This document shows, piece after piece, positions 10,384-19,689 of a stretch of 64,000 bases of DNA. This DNA comes from an uncultured Haloferula sp. (lineage in GTDB: Bacteria; Verrucomicrobiota; Verrucomicrobiia; Verrucomicrobiales; Akkermansiaceae). Position 1 is the stretch's first letter; each line of letters begins with the position of its first letter. The notes under the pieces are model-generated. The model had not been told where the DNA came from. It saw only the letters and a list, made by a program, of their open reading frames with translations, and did no database searches. The translations under genes were made by a program, and so were the position numbers. The stretch spans positions 224,001 to 288,000 of the forward strand of contig CBFGTS010000004.1 in assembly GCA_965652295.1 (NCBI GenBank), given 5' to 3'.

Positions 10384-10539
10384 GGGCGCGAGCGTGACGG
10401 ACGAGGACCGGATGCCAAATGAGAAATGGTGGATGACCCGCTTGATGGTCCCCTGGACTGGTCAGTTCTTGCGCTTTCGTTTGCGCCGTCCGCTCATGTC
10501 TTGGTCGGCGCGCGGGGTGGGGGTAGAGCGGAGGGAACC

Positions 10540-11514
10540 ATGAAGACCGTGTTTGTCTCAGAAACCTCCTTCGCCAAGGCGCGGGCCGCCTTCGAGGACA
10601 TCAATACGAGCCAGGTGGGGTTCCTCTTCGAGCCGGCACCGGATGAGGAAAAGCCGTTGGCCGGGTTGGTGAGAAAGCATGGCGTGCAGGGATTCATCGC
10701 CGATCTCTCTCCCTACAAGGGCCCGCTTTACGATGCGCTCGGGCGCGGCGGCGTCATCTCACGATACGGCGTCGGGCACGATTCGATCGATAAGGCCCGT
10801 GCCAAAAAGGCAGGCGTGACGGTGTGCAACACGCCGGGCGTGCTCGACAATGCGGTGGCCGAGCACGCGGTCTGGATGCTCGGCGCACTGGCCCGGCCGG
10901 TGGCGACCGCCTACGGCGAGATGCACCACGGCGAGTGGTGCCCGGCGCAGGGGATCGAGGTGAGAGGACGCCACGTCACGATCCTCGGCTGTGGCCGGAT
11001 CGGGCGCGCGCTGGCACGCAAGCTCGGCATCGGGCTGGACATGATCGTGACCGGCTACGACATCCTCGAAAGCCCCCATTTCGGGGAAGACAGCGGCATT
11101 TCCCGCTACACCAACTCACTCGACAAGGCGATCGCCGCGGCCGAGTTCGTGATCTGCCTGCTGCCGGTGCTCGACGCCACCCGCCACATCGCGAACGGTG
11201 AATTCTTTGCGAAAATGAAACCCGGCGCGCGCTTCATCAACTCGGCCCGCGGGGCCTTGGTCGATGAACCCGACCTTTACGACGCCTTGGTTTCGGGCCA
11301 TCTCTCGGGTGCGGCGCTGGATGTCTTCGAGCGCGAGCCGTATCAGCCGATCGATTCCGCCAAGGACCTGCGTTCGCTGCCTCAGATGATCCTGACACCC
11401 CACATCGGCTCGAACACGGAGGAGTCCAACGCCGCGATGGCCCGCACCGCGGCCGAAAACGTCATCACCTGCCTGACCAAGGGCCCGAAGGCCTGTCCCA
11501 ACCGAGTTTCCTGA
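10540..11514 (+). CDS. D-isomer-specific 2-hydroxyacid dehydrogenase family protein
   Basis: GVGHD.ID, NTPG, GCGRIG, INSARGALVDE, AALDVFEREP, TPHIG; SD-like GAGGG upstream. Confidence 0.88.
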   Translation: MKTVFVSETSFAKARAAFEDINTSQVGFLFEPAPDEEKPLAGLVRKHGVQGFIADLSPYKGPLYDALGRGGVISRYGVGHDSIDKARAKKAGVTVCNTPGVLDNAVAEHAVWMLGALARPVATAYGEMHHGEWCPAQGIEVRGRHVTILGCGRIGRALARKLGIGLDMIVTGYDILESPHFGEDSGISRYTNSLDKAIAAAEFVICLLPVLDATRHIANGEFFAKMKPGARFINSARGALVDEPDLYDALVSGHLSGAALDVFEREPYQPIDSAKDLRSLPQMILTPHIGSNTEESNAAMARTAAENVITCLTKGPKACPNRVS

Positions 11515-11528
11515 TTTCCGCACCCATC

Positions 11529-12041
11529 ATGCCGGTCAAACCCCACTTCACCCTCGTCGTCATGGGAGTTTCCGGCAGCGGGAAATCCACGGTCGGCCGG
11601 CTGGTCGCCGATCGCACCGGTTCGGAGTTCGCCGATGCCGATGACTTTCATCCGCCTGCCAATCGCGAGAAGATGGCGGCCGGGATCCCGCTTGAGGACG
11701 CCGATCGCCAGCCGTGGCTGGAGGCATTGCGCGACCGCATCCGTGCGACCAACGATGCGGGCCGTACTTTGGTGCTGGCCTGCTCGGCGCTGAAGCGGAA
11801 ATACCGCGAGACCCTGCGCGAAGCCGGGCCGCAGGTGGCGTTCGTGTTTCTCGACGGGACGCGCGGGCAGCTTCTCGAACGCTTGCAGCACCGGCCGGGG
11901 CACTTCTTTCCCCCGGCGTTGCTCGACAGCCAGCTCGCCACGCTCGAAAGGCCGGAGACGGCACTTGTGTTGGACATTTCGGCTCCGCCGGAGGAGCTCG
12001 CGACGCAGATCCTGGTGCCGTTTTTCAACCGTCTACCTTGA
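11529..12041 (+). CDS. gntK: Gluconokinase (GntK/IdnK type)
   Basis: MGVSGSGKST, DADDFHP..N..KM..G.PL.D.DR.PWL, CSALKRKYR, SQLATLERP. Confidence 0.9.
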   Translation: MPVKPHFTLVVMGVSGSGKSTVGRLVADRTGSEFADADDFHPPANREKMAAGIPLEDADRQPWLEALRDRIRATNDAGRTLVLACSALKRKYRETLREAGPQVAFVFLDGTRGQLLERLQHRPGHFFPPALLDSQLATLERPETALVLDISAPPEELATQILVPFFNRLP

Positions 12042-12080
12042 TGACCGAAATGACCACGCTCGGCAGCCCGTAGCGAGGCC

Positions 12081-13274
12081 ATGAAGTGGATCATCGCAGG
12101 GCTCGCCTGCACGCTGGCTGCGGCCGGCGACTGGGAAGGGAAGGTCTTCTGTGGTTACCAAGGGTGGTTCCGTTGCGAGGGTGATGGCGGCGGCGTGGGT
12201 TGGCGTCACTACGGCGGCGGCGAAGCACCCTCGGTGGAAAACACCGGCATCGAGATCTGGCCGGATGTCAGCGAACTGGAGCAGCGGTATGAAACCGAGC
12301 TCAAGCACGACGATGGCTCGGTGGCGGAGGTCTTCAGCTCCATGGACGCGGGCACCGTGCGACGGCACTTCCAGTGGATGCGCGAGTATGGGATCGATGG
12401 CGCGTTCCTCCAGAGATTCGGCACCGAAACGCGCGATAAACGGATGCGGGCAACGCTCGACGGGGTGCTGGAGAACGTCCACCGCGCCTCGGCCGCGGAA
12501 GGCAGGGAGTGGTCGCTGATGTATGACGCCAGCGGCCTGGAGCCGGGTCAACTCGACGCGCTGCGAGCCGACCTCGATCATCTTCTTGGAACCGGGCGGC
12601 TCGATGTTTCCGCAGCGAACTACGTCAGATATCGTGGAAGGCCGCTGCTCACCACCTGGGGCATCGGTTTCAATGATCGCGGCACGGATTTCGACGAATG
12701 GAAGGTCTGGGTGCGGCACCTCCGCGAACGGGGGTTCGCGGTGATGCTCGGGGTTCCCTACTACTGGCGGACGCTGGATCGGGATTGCGTGAATGACCCG
12801 CGGCTGCACGAAGTGATCGCGATGGCGGATGTGGTCAGCCCGTGGGCCGTCGGGCGCTTCGGCACGCCGGCGGATGCCGCCCGTTTGGGTGAGGAGGTGG
12901 TCGCGAAGGACCTCGCGTGGTGTCGGGAAAAGCGGCTGGGTTATCTGCCGGTGGTGTTTCCCGGATTCAGCTGGCACAACCTCATGAAAGGGCGGGGCAC
13001 GCAGGCGGAGTTCGATCAGATCCCGCGGCGCGGCGGCAGATTCCTGTGGTCGCAGGCGGTGGCGGCGAAGCGGGCGGGTGTCACGGCTGTCTACGTGGCG
13101 ATGTTCGACGAGATGGATGAGGGCACGGCGGTGTTCAAGTTCGATCCGGATCCCCCGATCGGCGTGCCGTTTCTCCACGAGGTGGACGTGCCGGGAGACC
13201 GCTATCTCAAGGTCTGTGGGGCGATCGGAGCATGGCTGCGCGGTGAGCGGGATGAGAAATGGCCGGGTTTCTGA
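12081..13274 (+). CDS. Secreted GH71/GH99-like glycoside hydrolase
   Basis: Signal peptide; GYQGWF, HF.WMREYGIDG..LQRF, PGFSW.N, AMFDE.DEGTA. Confidence 0.75.
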   Translation: MKWIIAGLACTLAAAGDWEGKVFCGYQGWFRCEGDGGGVGWRHYGGGEAPSVENTGIEIWPDVSELEQRYETELKHDDGSVAEVFSSMDAGTVRRHFQWMREYGIDGAFLQRFGTETRDKRMRATLDGVLENVHRASAAEGREWSLMYDASGLEPGQLDALRADLDHLLGTGRLDVSAANYVRYRGRPLLTTWGIGFNDRGTDFDEWKVWVRHLRERGFAVMLGVPYYWRTLDRDCVNDPRLHEVIAMADVVSPWAVGRFGTPADAARLGEEVVAKDLAWCREKRLGYLPVVFPGFSWHNLMKGRGTQAEFDQIPRRGGRFLWSQAVAAKRAGVTAVYVAMFDEMDEGTAVFKFDPDPPIGVPFLHEVDVPGDRYLKVCGAIGAWLRGERDEKWPGF

Positions 13275-13354
13275 GGCGAGGCGGGTGGAATCCGCCGCCG
13301 CCGGGAAAATCATTGGGCAAGCCCGCGGGCGTGTGATTGCTTGGGCTCCTCGCG

Positions 13355-14269
13355 ATGCGCTGCTTTTACTCCCAGAATCTCGAACTCCAACTACCCTCGG
13401 GACACCCGTTTCCGATGGAGAAGTTCCGTGTTTCCAAGGACATGCTCCTGCAGGGCGGAATCCTGAAGGCGGAGGAAATCGTCGAAGTCGGCGGTGCGGA
13501 GTCGCATGTGTTGAAGCGCGTCCATGACGAGGCGTATCTGGGACGGATTTATCGGGGTCAGCTCGACATGAAGGAGCAGATCCGCCTCGGGCTGCCGGCC
13601 ACGCCCTTGCTGTACCAGCGCAGCGTCACCGAGGTTGAGGCCACCCGCAGGGCCTGCCACGCGGCGCTGGAGGAAGGCGTGGCGGTGTGTCTCGCCGGCG
13701 GCTCACACCATGCCTTCCGCGACCATGGGGAGGGCTACAGTGTGTTCAATGACGTGGCGGTGGCGGTGCAGGATCTTCAGGCGCAGCGCCCCGGAATCCG
13801 GGTGATGATCGTGGATACCGACGCCCAGCAGGGCAACGGCACGGCGGCGATCCTGGCGGAGGATCCGCGGGTTTTCACCTACTCGATCCACGTCGGGATG
13901 AACTCGGTGGTGAGCAAGGTGCATGGCTCGATGGATGTCGAAACGGTGCGCTACGTCGAGGGGGCCATGTATTTGAAGCAGCTCTTCAGCACGCTGGCCG
14001 CGGCGCTGGATACGTTTTCGCCGGACCTGGTCATCTGGGTCGCCGGGGCGGACAACCACAGCAACGACCGTATCGGGCAGATGTGGCTTTCGTTGGAAGA
14101 CATGCAGCGGCGTGACGAGGTGCTGCTCGGTGCCTTCCTGCGCAACCGCATCCCGGTGGCGGTGCTCTACGGCGGCGGCTACAACCGGGAGACGGAATTC
14201 ACCTCGCGGATCCACTGCGGCACGGTGGCGGTGGCGAAGCGGCTATCGGAAGCATTCAAGGGATCGTGA
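13355..14269 (+). CDS. Histone deacetylase family protein with divergent metal site
   Basis: HPFPM.K, GGSHHA, DTDAQQGNGT, GAD...D..G, GGGY. Confidence 0.85.
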   Translation: MRCFYSQNLELQLPSGHPFPMEKFRVSKDMLLQGGILKAEEIVEVGGAESHVLKRVHDEAYLGRIYRGQLDMKEQIRLGLPATPLLYQRSVTEVEATRRACHAALEEGVAVCLAGGSHHAFRDHGEGYSVFNDVAVAVQDLQAQRPGIRVMIVDTDAQQGNGTAAILAEDPRVFTYSIHVGMNSVVSKVHGSMDVETVRYVEGAMYLKQLFSTLAAALDTFSPDLVIWVAGADNHSNDRIGQMWLSLEDMQRRDEVLLGAFLRNRIPVAVLYGGGYNRETEFTSRIHCGTVAVAKRLSEAFKGS

Positions 14270-15198
14270 GTTCGGAAACGAAAATCGGCGGACGGATCGC
14301 CCTGGTCGGTGCCGGGGCGGTGGGGCTCTACTACGGCGCGCGGCTGGCGCTGAATGGCGAGGACGTTTCCTTCCTGCTGAGGTCGGGCTACGACGCGGTG
14401 AAAGAGCGGGGGATCATCCTCGAAAGCGTCGATGGCGACGCGGTGCTGCGCGACGTTCAGGCTTTCCGCAAGCCGGAGGAAATCGGGGTGGTCGATTGGG
14501 TGATCGTGGCGTGGAAGGCGACGTCGAACGAACTTTTCGAGGAAGTGCTGGGGCCTCTGGTCGGACCGGGGACCACGATTCTCACGCTCCAGAACGGCCT
14601 CGGCAACTGCGAGCGGCTGGCGGAGCTGTTCGGGCCGGAGAAGATCTGCGGCGGGCTTTGCTTCGTCTGCCTCAACCGGATCAGCGAAGGCCACGTGAAG
14701 CATACGGCGGGCGGCAAGGTGACGGTCGGGGAATGGCTGCCCCAGCCGGGAAACCCGCGGGCCGAACGACTTGCGGCCGGTCTCCGTGCTGCGGGAGTCG
14801 TTTCCTCGGCGGTGGAGAACCTGCCCGCCGCGCAGTGGCGGAAGCTGGTCTGGAACGTGCCTTTCAATGGGCTCGCGATCGCCGAAGGCGGCGTGACCAC
14901 CGATGTCCTGTTGGCCGATCCAGAGATCGAGGCGGAGATCGTCGGGTTGATGCGCGAGGTCATCGCCGCCGCCAAGGCGCTGGGTTATGAGATCGACGAA
15001 GGCGTGGTGGATTTCGAGATCGGTCGCACCCGCCCGATGGGCCCTTACCGGCCTTCGAGCATGATTGATTTCGTCGACGGCAAACCGGTCGAATACGAAG
15101 CCATCTGGGGCGAGCCGCTGCGTCGCGCGAAAGCCGAGGGAGTGCCGGTGCCCATGATGGAGAAGCTCGCGGGAAGAATTCGGGAGAAGCTGGCTTGA
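14266..15198 (+). CDS. panE: 2-dehydropantoate 2-reductase family
   Basis: GAGAVG.YYG, LQNGLG, W.KLVWN.PFNG, SSM..D...G...E. Confidence 0.85.
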   Translation: MSSETKIGGRIALVGAGAVGLYYGARLALNGEDVSFLLRSGYDAVKERGIILESVDGDAVLRDVQAFRKPEEIGVVDWVIVAWKATSNELFEEVLGPLVGPGTTILTLQNGLGNCERLAELFGPEKICGGLCFVCLNRISEGHVKHTAGGKVTVGEWLPQPGNPRAERLAAGLRAAGVVSSAVENLPAAQWRKLVWNVPFNGLAIAEGGVTTDVLLADPEIEAEIVGLMREVIAAAKALGYEIDEGVVDFEIGRTRPMGPYRPSSMIDFVDGKPVEYEAIWGEPLRRAKAEGVPVPMMEKLAGRIREKLA

Positions 15199-15229
15199 GT
15201 CGCGACTCCGGGTCTCCGAGACTCCGGGC

Positions 15230-16054
15230 ATGGATCGTCAACCGCGTGGGCGCGCATGGCAGGGGAAAAAGCGGGCGGCGAAGAAAGCTCCATCGCAGGG
15301 CTGGGACCCGGTGGCGGCATGGTATGATCAGCTCGTCGGTAAGGGTGGCTCGGATTATCACCAGCATGTGGTCCTTCCCGCGACCTTGCGGATGCTGGGC
15401 GAGGTGAAGGGAAAGCGGGTGCTCGACCTGTGCTGCGGACAGGGTGTTTTGGTGGCGGATCTTTTGAAGGGCGGAGCGAAGGAGGTCGTGGGGGTGGATG
15501 CGAGCCCGCGGCTCATCGATTCCGCCAAGCGGCGTTTCGAGAGGGAGAGATCGGTGTCTTTCGTGGTGGCCGATGCCTGCGCGGAAAAGAGCCCGTGGGC
15601 CGATGGTTCCTTCGATCTAGGAGCCTGCCTGATGGCCGTGCACGACGTTCCGGATCTGCCCGCTATGGCCCGCAACGCGGCGGCAGCGCTGAAGCCGGGC
15701 GGGGAAATGGTGGCAATTTTCATGCACCCCTGTTTCCGCATCCCGCGGCAGACGCACTGGGGCTGGGACGAGGGACGGCGGTTGCAGTATCGTCGGATCG
15801 ATCGCTATGGCGTGGACCTGGAGATTCCGATCAAGACCCACCCCGGGAAGGGCGGAGACTCGGAGACCATGTTCTACCATCGGCCGCTGGCGGACGTGCT
15901 GAATGCCTTCGGGCGGGCCGGCTTGGCGGTGGTGGAAACCGAGGAACTCTACAGCCATCGCCGATCCCAAGCGGGCGGGATCCGCAGCAAGGGCGAGCAC
16001 CGCGCTGCGAAGGAGTTTCCGATGTTTCTCGGCCTGCGGATGGTGAGGTTGTGA
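15230..16054 (+). CDS. Class I SAM-dependent methyltransferase
   Basis: VLDLCCGQG, GVDAS, VADA motifs; start uncertain. Confidence 0.85.
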   Translation: MDRQPRGRAWQGKKRAAKKAPSQGWDPVAAWYDQLVGKGGSDYHQHVVLPATLRMLGEVKGKRVLDLCCGQGVLVADLLKGGAKEVVGVDASPRLIDSAKRRFERERSVSFVVADACAEKSPWADGSFDLGACLMAVHDVPDLPAMARNAAAALKPGGEMVAIFMHPCFRIPRQTHWGWDEGRRLQYRRIDRYGVDLEIPIKTHPGKGGDSETMFYHRPLADVLNAFGRAGLAVVETEELYSHRRSQAGGIRSKGEHRAAKEFPMFLGLRMVRL

Positions 16055-16059
16055 GGAGA

Positions 16060-16078
16060 GCGGGCAATCCTGCCCGCG
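16060..16078 (+). repeat. REP-like hairpin, left of transposase
   Basis: GCGGGCA-ATCC-TGCCCGC-G; identical 19-mer at 16728-16746. Confidence 0.85.
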
Positions 16079-16128
16079 CGGCAACCTCAGGACTTGCTTC
16101 GGTCATCGCAGTTCGGCAGCTCTGGAGC

Positions 16129-16719
16129 ATGCGATTCTTCGATCGCGATGCCGGGATCAAGAAGCACGGGACCCGTTTGCCGCACTGGCAACAGGGGACC
16201 GTGGTGCAATTCGTCACCTTCCGCTTGAGCGATGCGATGCCCGTTTCGAAAGTGAGACCATGGAAGATCGAGCGTCAGAATTGGCTGCAACGGCACCCGA
16301 AACCATGGACTGTCGAAGTCGAAGCGGAGTATCACCGTCGGTTCACCGACCAGCTTGAAAAGTGGCTGGATGCAGGTCATGGCGCGTGCCATCTGAGGAA
16401 ACCCGAGGTCCGCGAAACGTTGGAAAAAGTGCTTCGATACGATGAGGGTGAACTCGCCGAGCACCATGCTTGGGTGATCATGCCGAACCATGTGCATCTC
16501 CTTTTCACGCCCCGTGCACCCCTGGAGGAGCTGATGAGAAAATGGAAGGGGATTTCGGCGCGGAGAATCGGGCTGGGACCGATCTGGCAGCGAGGGTATC
16601 GCGATACATTGATCCGCGATTGGCGGCACTACGGCAACGCGCTTCGGTATATCAGGAAGAATCCGGCGAGACTGCGGGAGGGCGATTACTCCCTTTGGGA
16701 GAGGCGAGAAGCTCCTTGA
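16129..16719 (+). mobile_element. REP-associated tyrosine (Y1/HUH) transposase, RAYT-like
   Basis: LPHW, FVTFRL, WVIMPNHVHLL (HUH), IWQRGYRDTLIRD, YIRKNP (catalytic Tyr); flanked by identical hairpins. Confidence 0.88.
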
Positions 16720-16727
16720 GGTGACCG

Positions 16728-16746
16728 GCGGGCAATCCTGCCCGCG
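16728..16746 (+). repeat. REP-like hairpin, right of transposase
   Basis: GCGGGCAATCCTGCCCGCG, same orientation as the left copy. Confidence 0.85.
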
Positions 16747-16749
16747 TCG

Positions 16750-16881
16750 TTATTTTCCGCAGCCGCACCCGCCTCCGCACGACCCGGATTTGCGCTTCTT
16801 TTTCCTGAGAACACGGAGAAGTACGATAAACAGCGTAGCCAAAACGATGGCGGCGGCGGCGATGGATTGCCAGTCGTTCAT
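16750..16881 (-). CDS. FeoB-associated Cys-rich small membrane protein
   Basis: 43 aa: TM helix, basic stretch, CGGGCGC; directly downstream of feoB. Confidence 0.8.
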   Translation of the reverse strand: MNDWQSIAAAAIVLATLFIVLLRVLRKKKRKSGSCGGGCGCGK

Positions 16882-16885
16882 GGGA

Positions 16886-18775
16886 TCAAAAACCAAGCAG
16901 CAGGCCCACCTGATAGACCACCAGGGAGGCCAGGCAGGCAAAGGCGGACATGAAGAAAAACTGGCAGGCGGCCCATTTCCACGATCCCGCCTCGCGGGCG
17001 ACGACGGCGGAGGTCGGCAGGCACTGGAGCGCGTACACGTAGAAAACCAGCAGCGACACCACGCTCAGCGGCGTGAACATCGGACGGCCGTCGGGCCACT
17101 TCGCTTCGGCCATTTGCTCGCGGAGGCGGATCTGGGTGTCGGCATCGTCCGCGCCTTCCTCGACTTCGAAAAGCTGCGCCATGGAGCCGACGAACACCTC
17201 GCGCGCGGCGAAGGAGGTGAGGATGGCGGTGCCCGTCCGGCCGTCGAAACCCATCGGCTTGACCACCGGTTCGAGGACGTGGCTGAGGCGGCCGACGACG
17301 GAATGCGAGAGCCGCTCGGCGGGGTCGTCGCTCTCGCTCTTCGGGTAGGTCTGCGCGGCCCAGAGGAGGATCATCAGGGCGAGGATGACGGTACCGGCTT
17401 TGCGGACGAAGGACCAACCGCGGTCGAGCAGGTGGCGGAAAATGTAGCCCCACTGTGGGGAACGGTAGGGTGGCAGCTCGAGGATGAAGTGGGTGGCCTG
17501 CTCGTCGGGACCGAGCTTCTTTCGCAGCAGCTTCGCTGCAGCGAAGGCGGTGAGCGTGCCGATGGCGTAGAGGCCGACGAGGACGAGTGCCTGTTTCCAC
17601 CCGCCTTCGCTGCCACCGAGGAGCAGCGGGATGAGCAGCAGGTAGACCGGCAGGCGTGCAGTGCAGCTCATCCAGGGGGCGACGAAGAGGGTGGTGAGCC
17701 GCTCTTTCGCTGAATCGATCGTGCGCGTGGCCATCACGCCGGGAATCGCGCAGGCATAGGAGCTGAGGAGGGGCAGGAAGGCTTTCCCGCTAAGTCCCAC
17801 GCGGGCCATGAAACCGTCCATCAGGTACGCTGCGCGGGCCATGTAGCCGGAGCTTTCGAGCAGCCCGATGAAGAAGAACAGCATCAGGATCTGCGGCAGG
17901 AAGATGATCACCGAACCGACCCCACCGATGATCCCGCTGACGATCAGGTCGCGCAGGTCGCCTTCTGCCATGGCACCGAGGACGACTCCTTCGAGCCATC
18001 CTTGAGCCGACTCGATCCAGCCCATCGGGATGCCGGCGATGGAAAAAATCGACCAAAATACCGCGAACATGACGGCGAGGAAAGCGACCCAGCCGAATAC
18101 CGGATGAAGCAGCACCGAGTCGATGCGGTCGGAGGTGGTCACGCTGTGCGAATCGGCGCGGCGGGCGGCGGTTTCGCACAGGCGGGTGATGAAATCACGG
18201 CGGCCGCTTTCGCCCTCGGGGCCGGTCGGCCAAGCGACCTTCGGGGACGTTGCGGGGAGCGGAAAGCGCAGCGCCTGCTTCAGTTCGATGAGGCCTTTTT
18301 TTGAGCGCGCCTGCATGGGGACCACCGGCACGCCGAGCTCCTCGGAAATCTTGAGCGGGTCCAGCCGGATGCCGGTGCCTTCCGCGACATCGACCATGTT
18401 CAGCGCCAGTACCACCGGCAGGCCGGCTTCGATGACGTCGAGGGCGAGGATCAAATGCCGCTCGAGCGCGGAGGCATCGACCACGCAGACCACCAGGTCC
18501 GCCTTGCCGAGGTCCGGAATGTCGCCATCCAGCGCTTTGCGGGCCACCTCTTGATCGGGCGAACTACCACGAAGATCGTAGCAACCGGGGAGGTCGACCA
18601 CGCGGACCTTGCGGCCATGGGGCGTGCGGGTGTGACCGATCTTGAGGTCCACGGTGACGCCCGCGAAATTCCCGACCTTGGCGTTCTGACCGGTCAGGGC
18701 ATTGAAGAGGGTCGTCTTGCCGACGTTCGGGTTACCAGCCAGCAACACCGTTTCCATCCGATCGTCTTCCCTCAC
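16886..18775 (-). CDS. feoB: Ferrous iron transporter B
   Basis: GNPNVGKTT, GNFAGVTV, DLPG, NMVD GTPase motifs; LESSGYMARAA, MSCTARLPVY, FAAREVFV; alternative ATG at 18757. Confidence 0.93.
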   Translation of the reverse strand: MREDDRMETVLLAGNPNVGKTTLFNALTGQNAKVGNFAGVTVDLKIGHTRTPHGRKVRVVDLPGCYDLRGSSPDQEVARKALDGDIPDLGKADLVVCVVDASALERHLILALDVIEAGLPVVLALNMVDVAEGTGIRLDPLKISEELGVPVVPMQARSKKGLIELKQALRFPLPATSPKVAWPTGPEGESGRRDFITRLCETAARRADSHSVTTSDRIDSVLLHPVFGWVAFLAVMFAVFWSIFSIAGIPMGWIESAQGWLEGVVLGAMAEGDLRDLIVSGIIGGVGSVIIFLPQILMLFFFIGLLESSGYMARAAYLMDGFMARVGLSGKAFLPLLSSYACAIPGVMATRTIDSAKERLTTLFVAPWMSCTARLPVYLLLIPLLLGGSEGGWKQALVLVGLYAIGTLTAFAAAKLLRKKLGPDEQATHFILELPPYRSPQWGYIFRHLLDRGWSFVRKAGTVILALMILLWAAQTYPKSESDDPAERLSHSVVGRLSHVLEPVVKPMGFDGRTGTAILTSFAAREVFVGSMAQLFEVEEGADDADTQIRLREQMAEAKWPDGRPMFTPLSVVSLLVFYVYALQCLPTSAVVAREAGSWKWAACQFFFMSAFACLASLVVYQVGLLLGF

Positions 18776-18781
18776 AACAAA

Positions 18782-19033
18782 TCAGACGGGACAAACCTTC
18801 ACCTGCTCCGCAAGCTCGCGGCTGAGCGCCATCCGGGTGCCGCAGACCGAGCAGATCAGGTTGCGGCCATGAGCCAGCTTGCGGACCTGCATGGTTTCGC
18901 AAAAGCCGAGCCTGCGGAGCTGATCGCACGCCGGCCCTGACAGAAAGCGGATCCTGAAGTCACAGCCGACCCGGGCCTGAGACAGGCTCAGAAGGGTGTC
19001 GGTTTCGAGATCTTGCGCTTCCGCGTGCGGCAT
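18782..19033 (-). CDS. feoA: FeoA family protein
   Basis: 83 aa, LRRLGF..., V.GTRMALS.ELA..V.V; directly upstream of feoB. Confidence 0.85.
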   Translation of the reverse strand: MPHAEAQDLETDTLLSLSQARVGCDFRIRFLSGPACDQLRRLGFCETMQVRKLAHGRNLICSVCGTRMALSRELAEQVKVCPV

Positions 19034-19053
19034 GACGTCTGGACGGTCCGGTA

Positions 19054-19072
19054 AATGAGACGGGGTTGCAAT
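19054..19072. promoter_or_regulatory. Putative Fur-box-like operator upstream of feoAB
   Basis: AATGAGA-CGGGG-TTGCAAT imperfect palindrome about 20 nt upstream of the feoA start. Confidence 0.5.
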
Positions 19073-19104
19073 AGCAAACTGAGAGGCTTCCTGAATTTCC
19101 CCGA

Positions 19105-19596
19105 CTACACGGGCGGGAGCGCGCGGGCGATCTCCAAGAGCAGACCTTTGCAGGCGTCTTCGACGATGTCGGCGACCCGGTCGAAGCCGCTCTGGCCTCC
19201 GTAGTAGGGATCCGGCACATGGTCGGCCTCCAGAGCGGTGCAGTAGCGGGTGAGAAGGTGGATCTTCGGATGGGTGTCGCCGTTGGGATCGAGGCTGCGG
19301 ACGTCGGAAAGATTGTCTTGGTCGGCCACCAGGATGAGGTCGAAGCGATCGAGATCCCGCCGCTGGATCTGGCGCGCCGCACCGTGGATGGGATAGCCGC
19401 GTTGCTTGAGGGTGGCGGCCATGCGGCGGTCGGGCTCGTGTCCGGCGTGGTAGCCGATGGTGCCGGCGGAGTCTGCCTCGATGCGATCGGCCAGGCCGGC
19501 CTCGTGGACCAGGTGGGTGAAGACGATCTCGGCCGCAGGAGAGCGGCAGATGTTTCCCATGCAGACGAACAGGACTCGGAACGGGTGGGATTTCAT
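19105..19596 (-). CDS. Low molecular weight protein-tyrosine phosphatase
   Basis: VLFVCMGNICRSP, DSAGT, VPDPYYGG. Confidence 0.92.
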   Translation of the reverse strand: MKSHPFRVLFVCMGNICRSPAAEIVFTHLVHEAGLADRIEADSAGTIGYHAGHEPDRRMAATLKQRGYPIHGAARQIQRRDLDRFDLILVADQDNLSDVRSLDPNGDTHPKIHLLTRYCTALEADHVPDPYYGGQSGFDRVADIVEDACKGLLLEIARALPPV

Positions 19597-19689
19597 GGCG
19601 GAAGACGGCTCACTTCTTGTCCGCACGTTTTCGTCGTGTGGCAACCAAATGCGCGCAACTCCGCGACCTCCGGAGGGTTGCCCTCCATC

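Noticed and set aside
10455..10470. ACTGGTCAGT near-palindrome as a GntR-family operator upstream of the dehydrogenase-gntK pair
   Set aside because: Short and imperfect; cannot be supported from one instance
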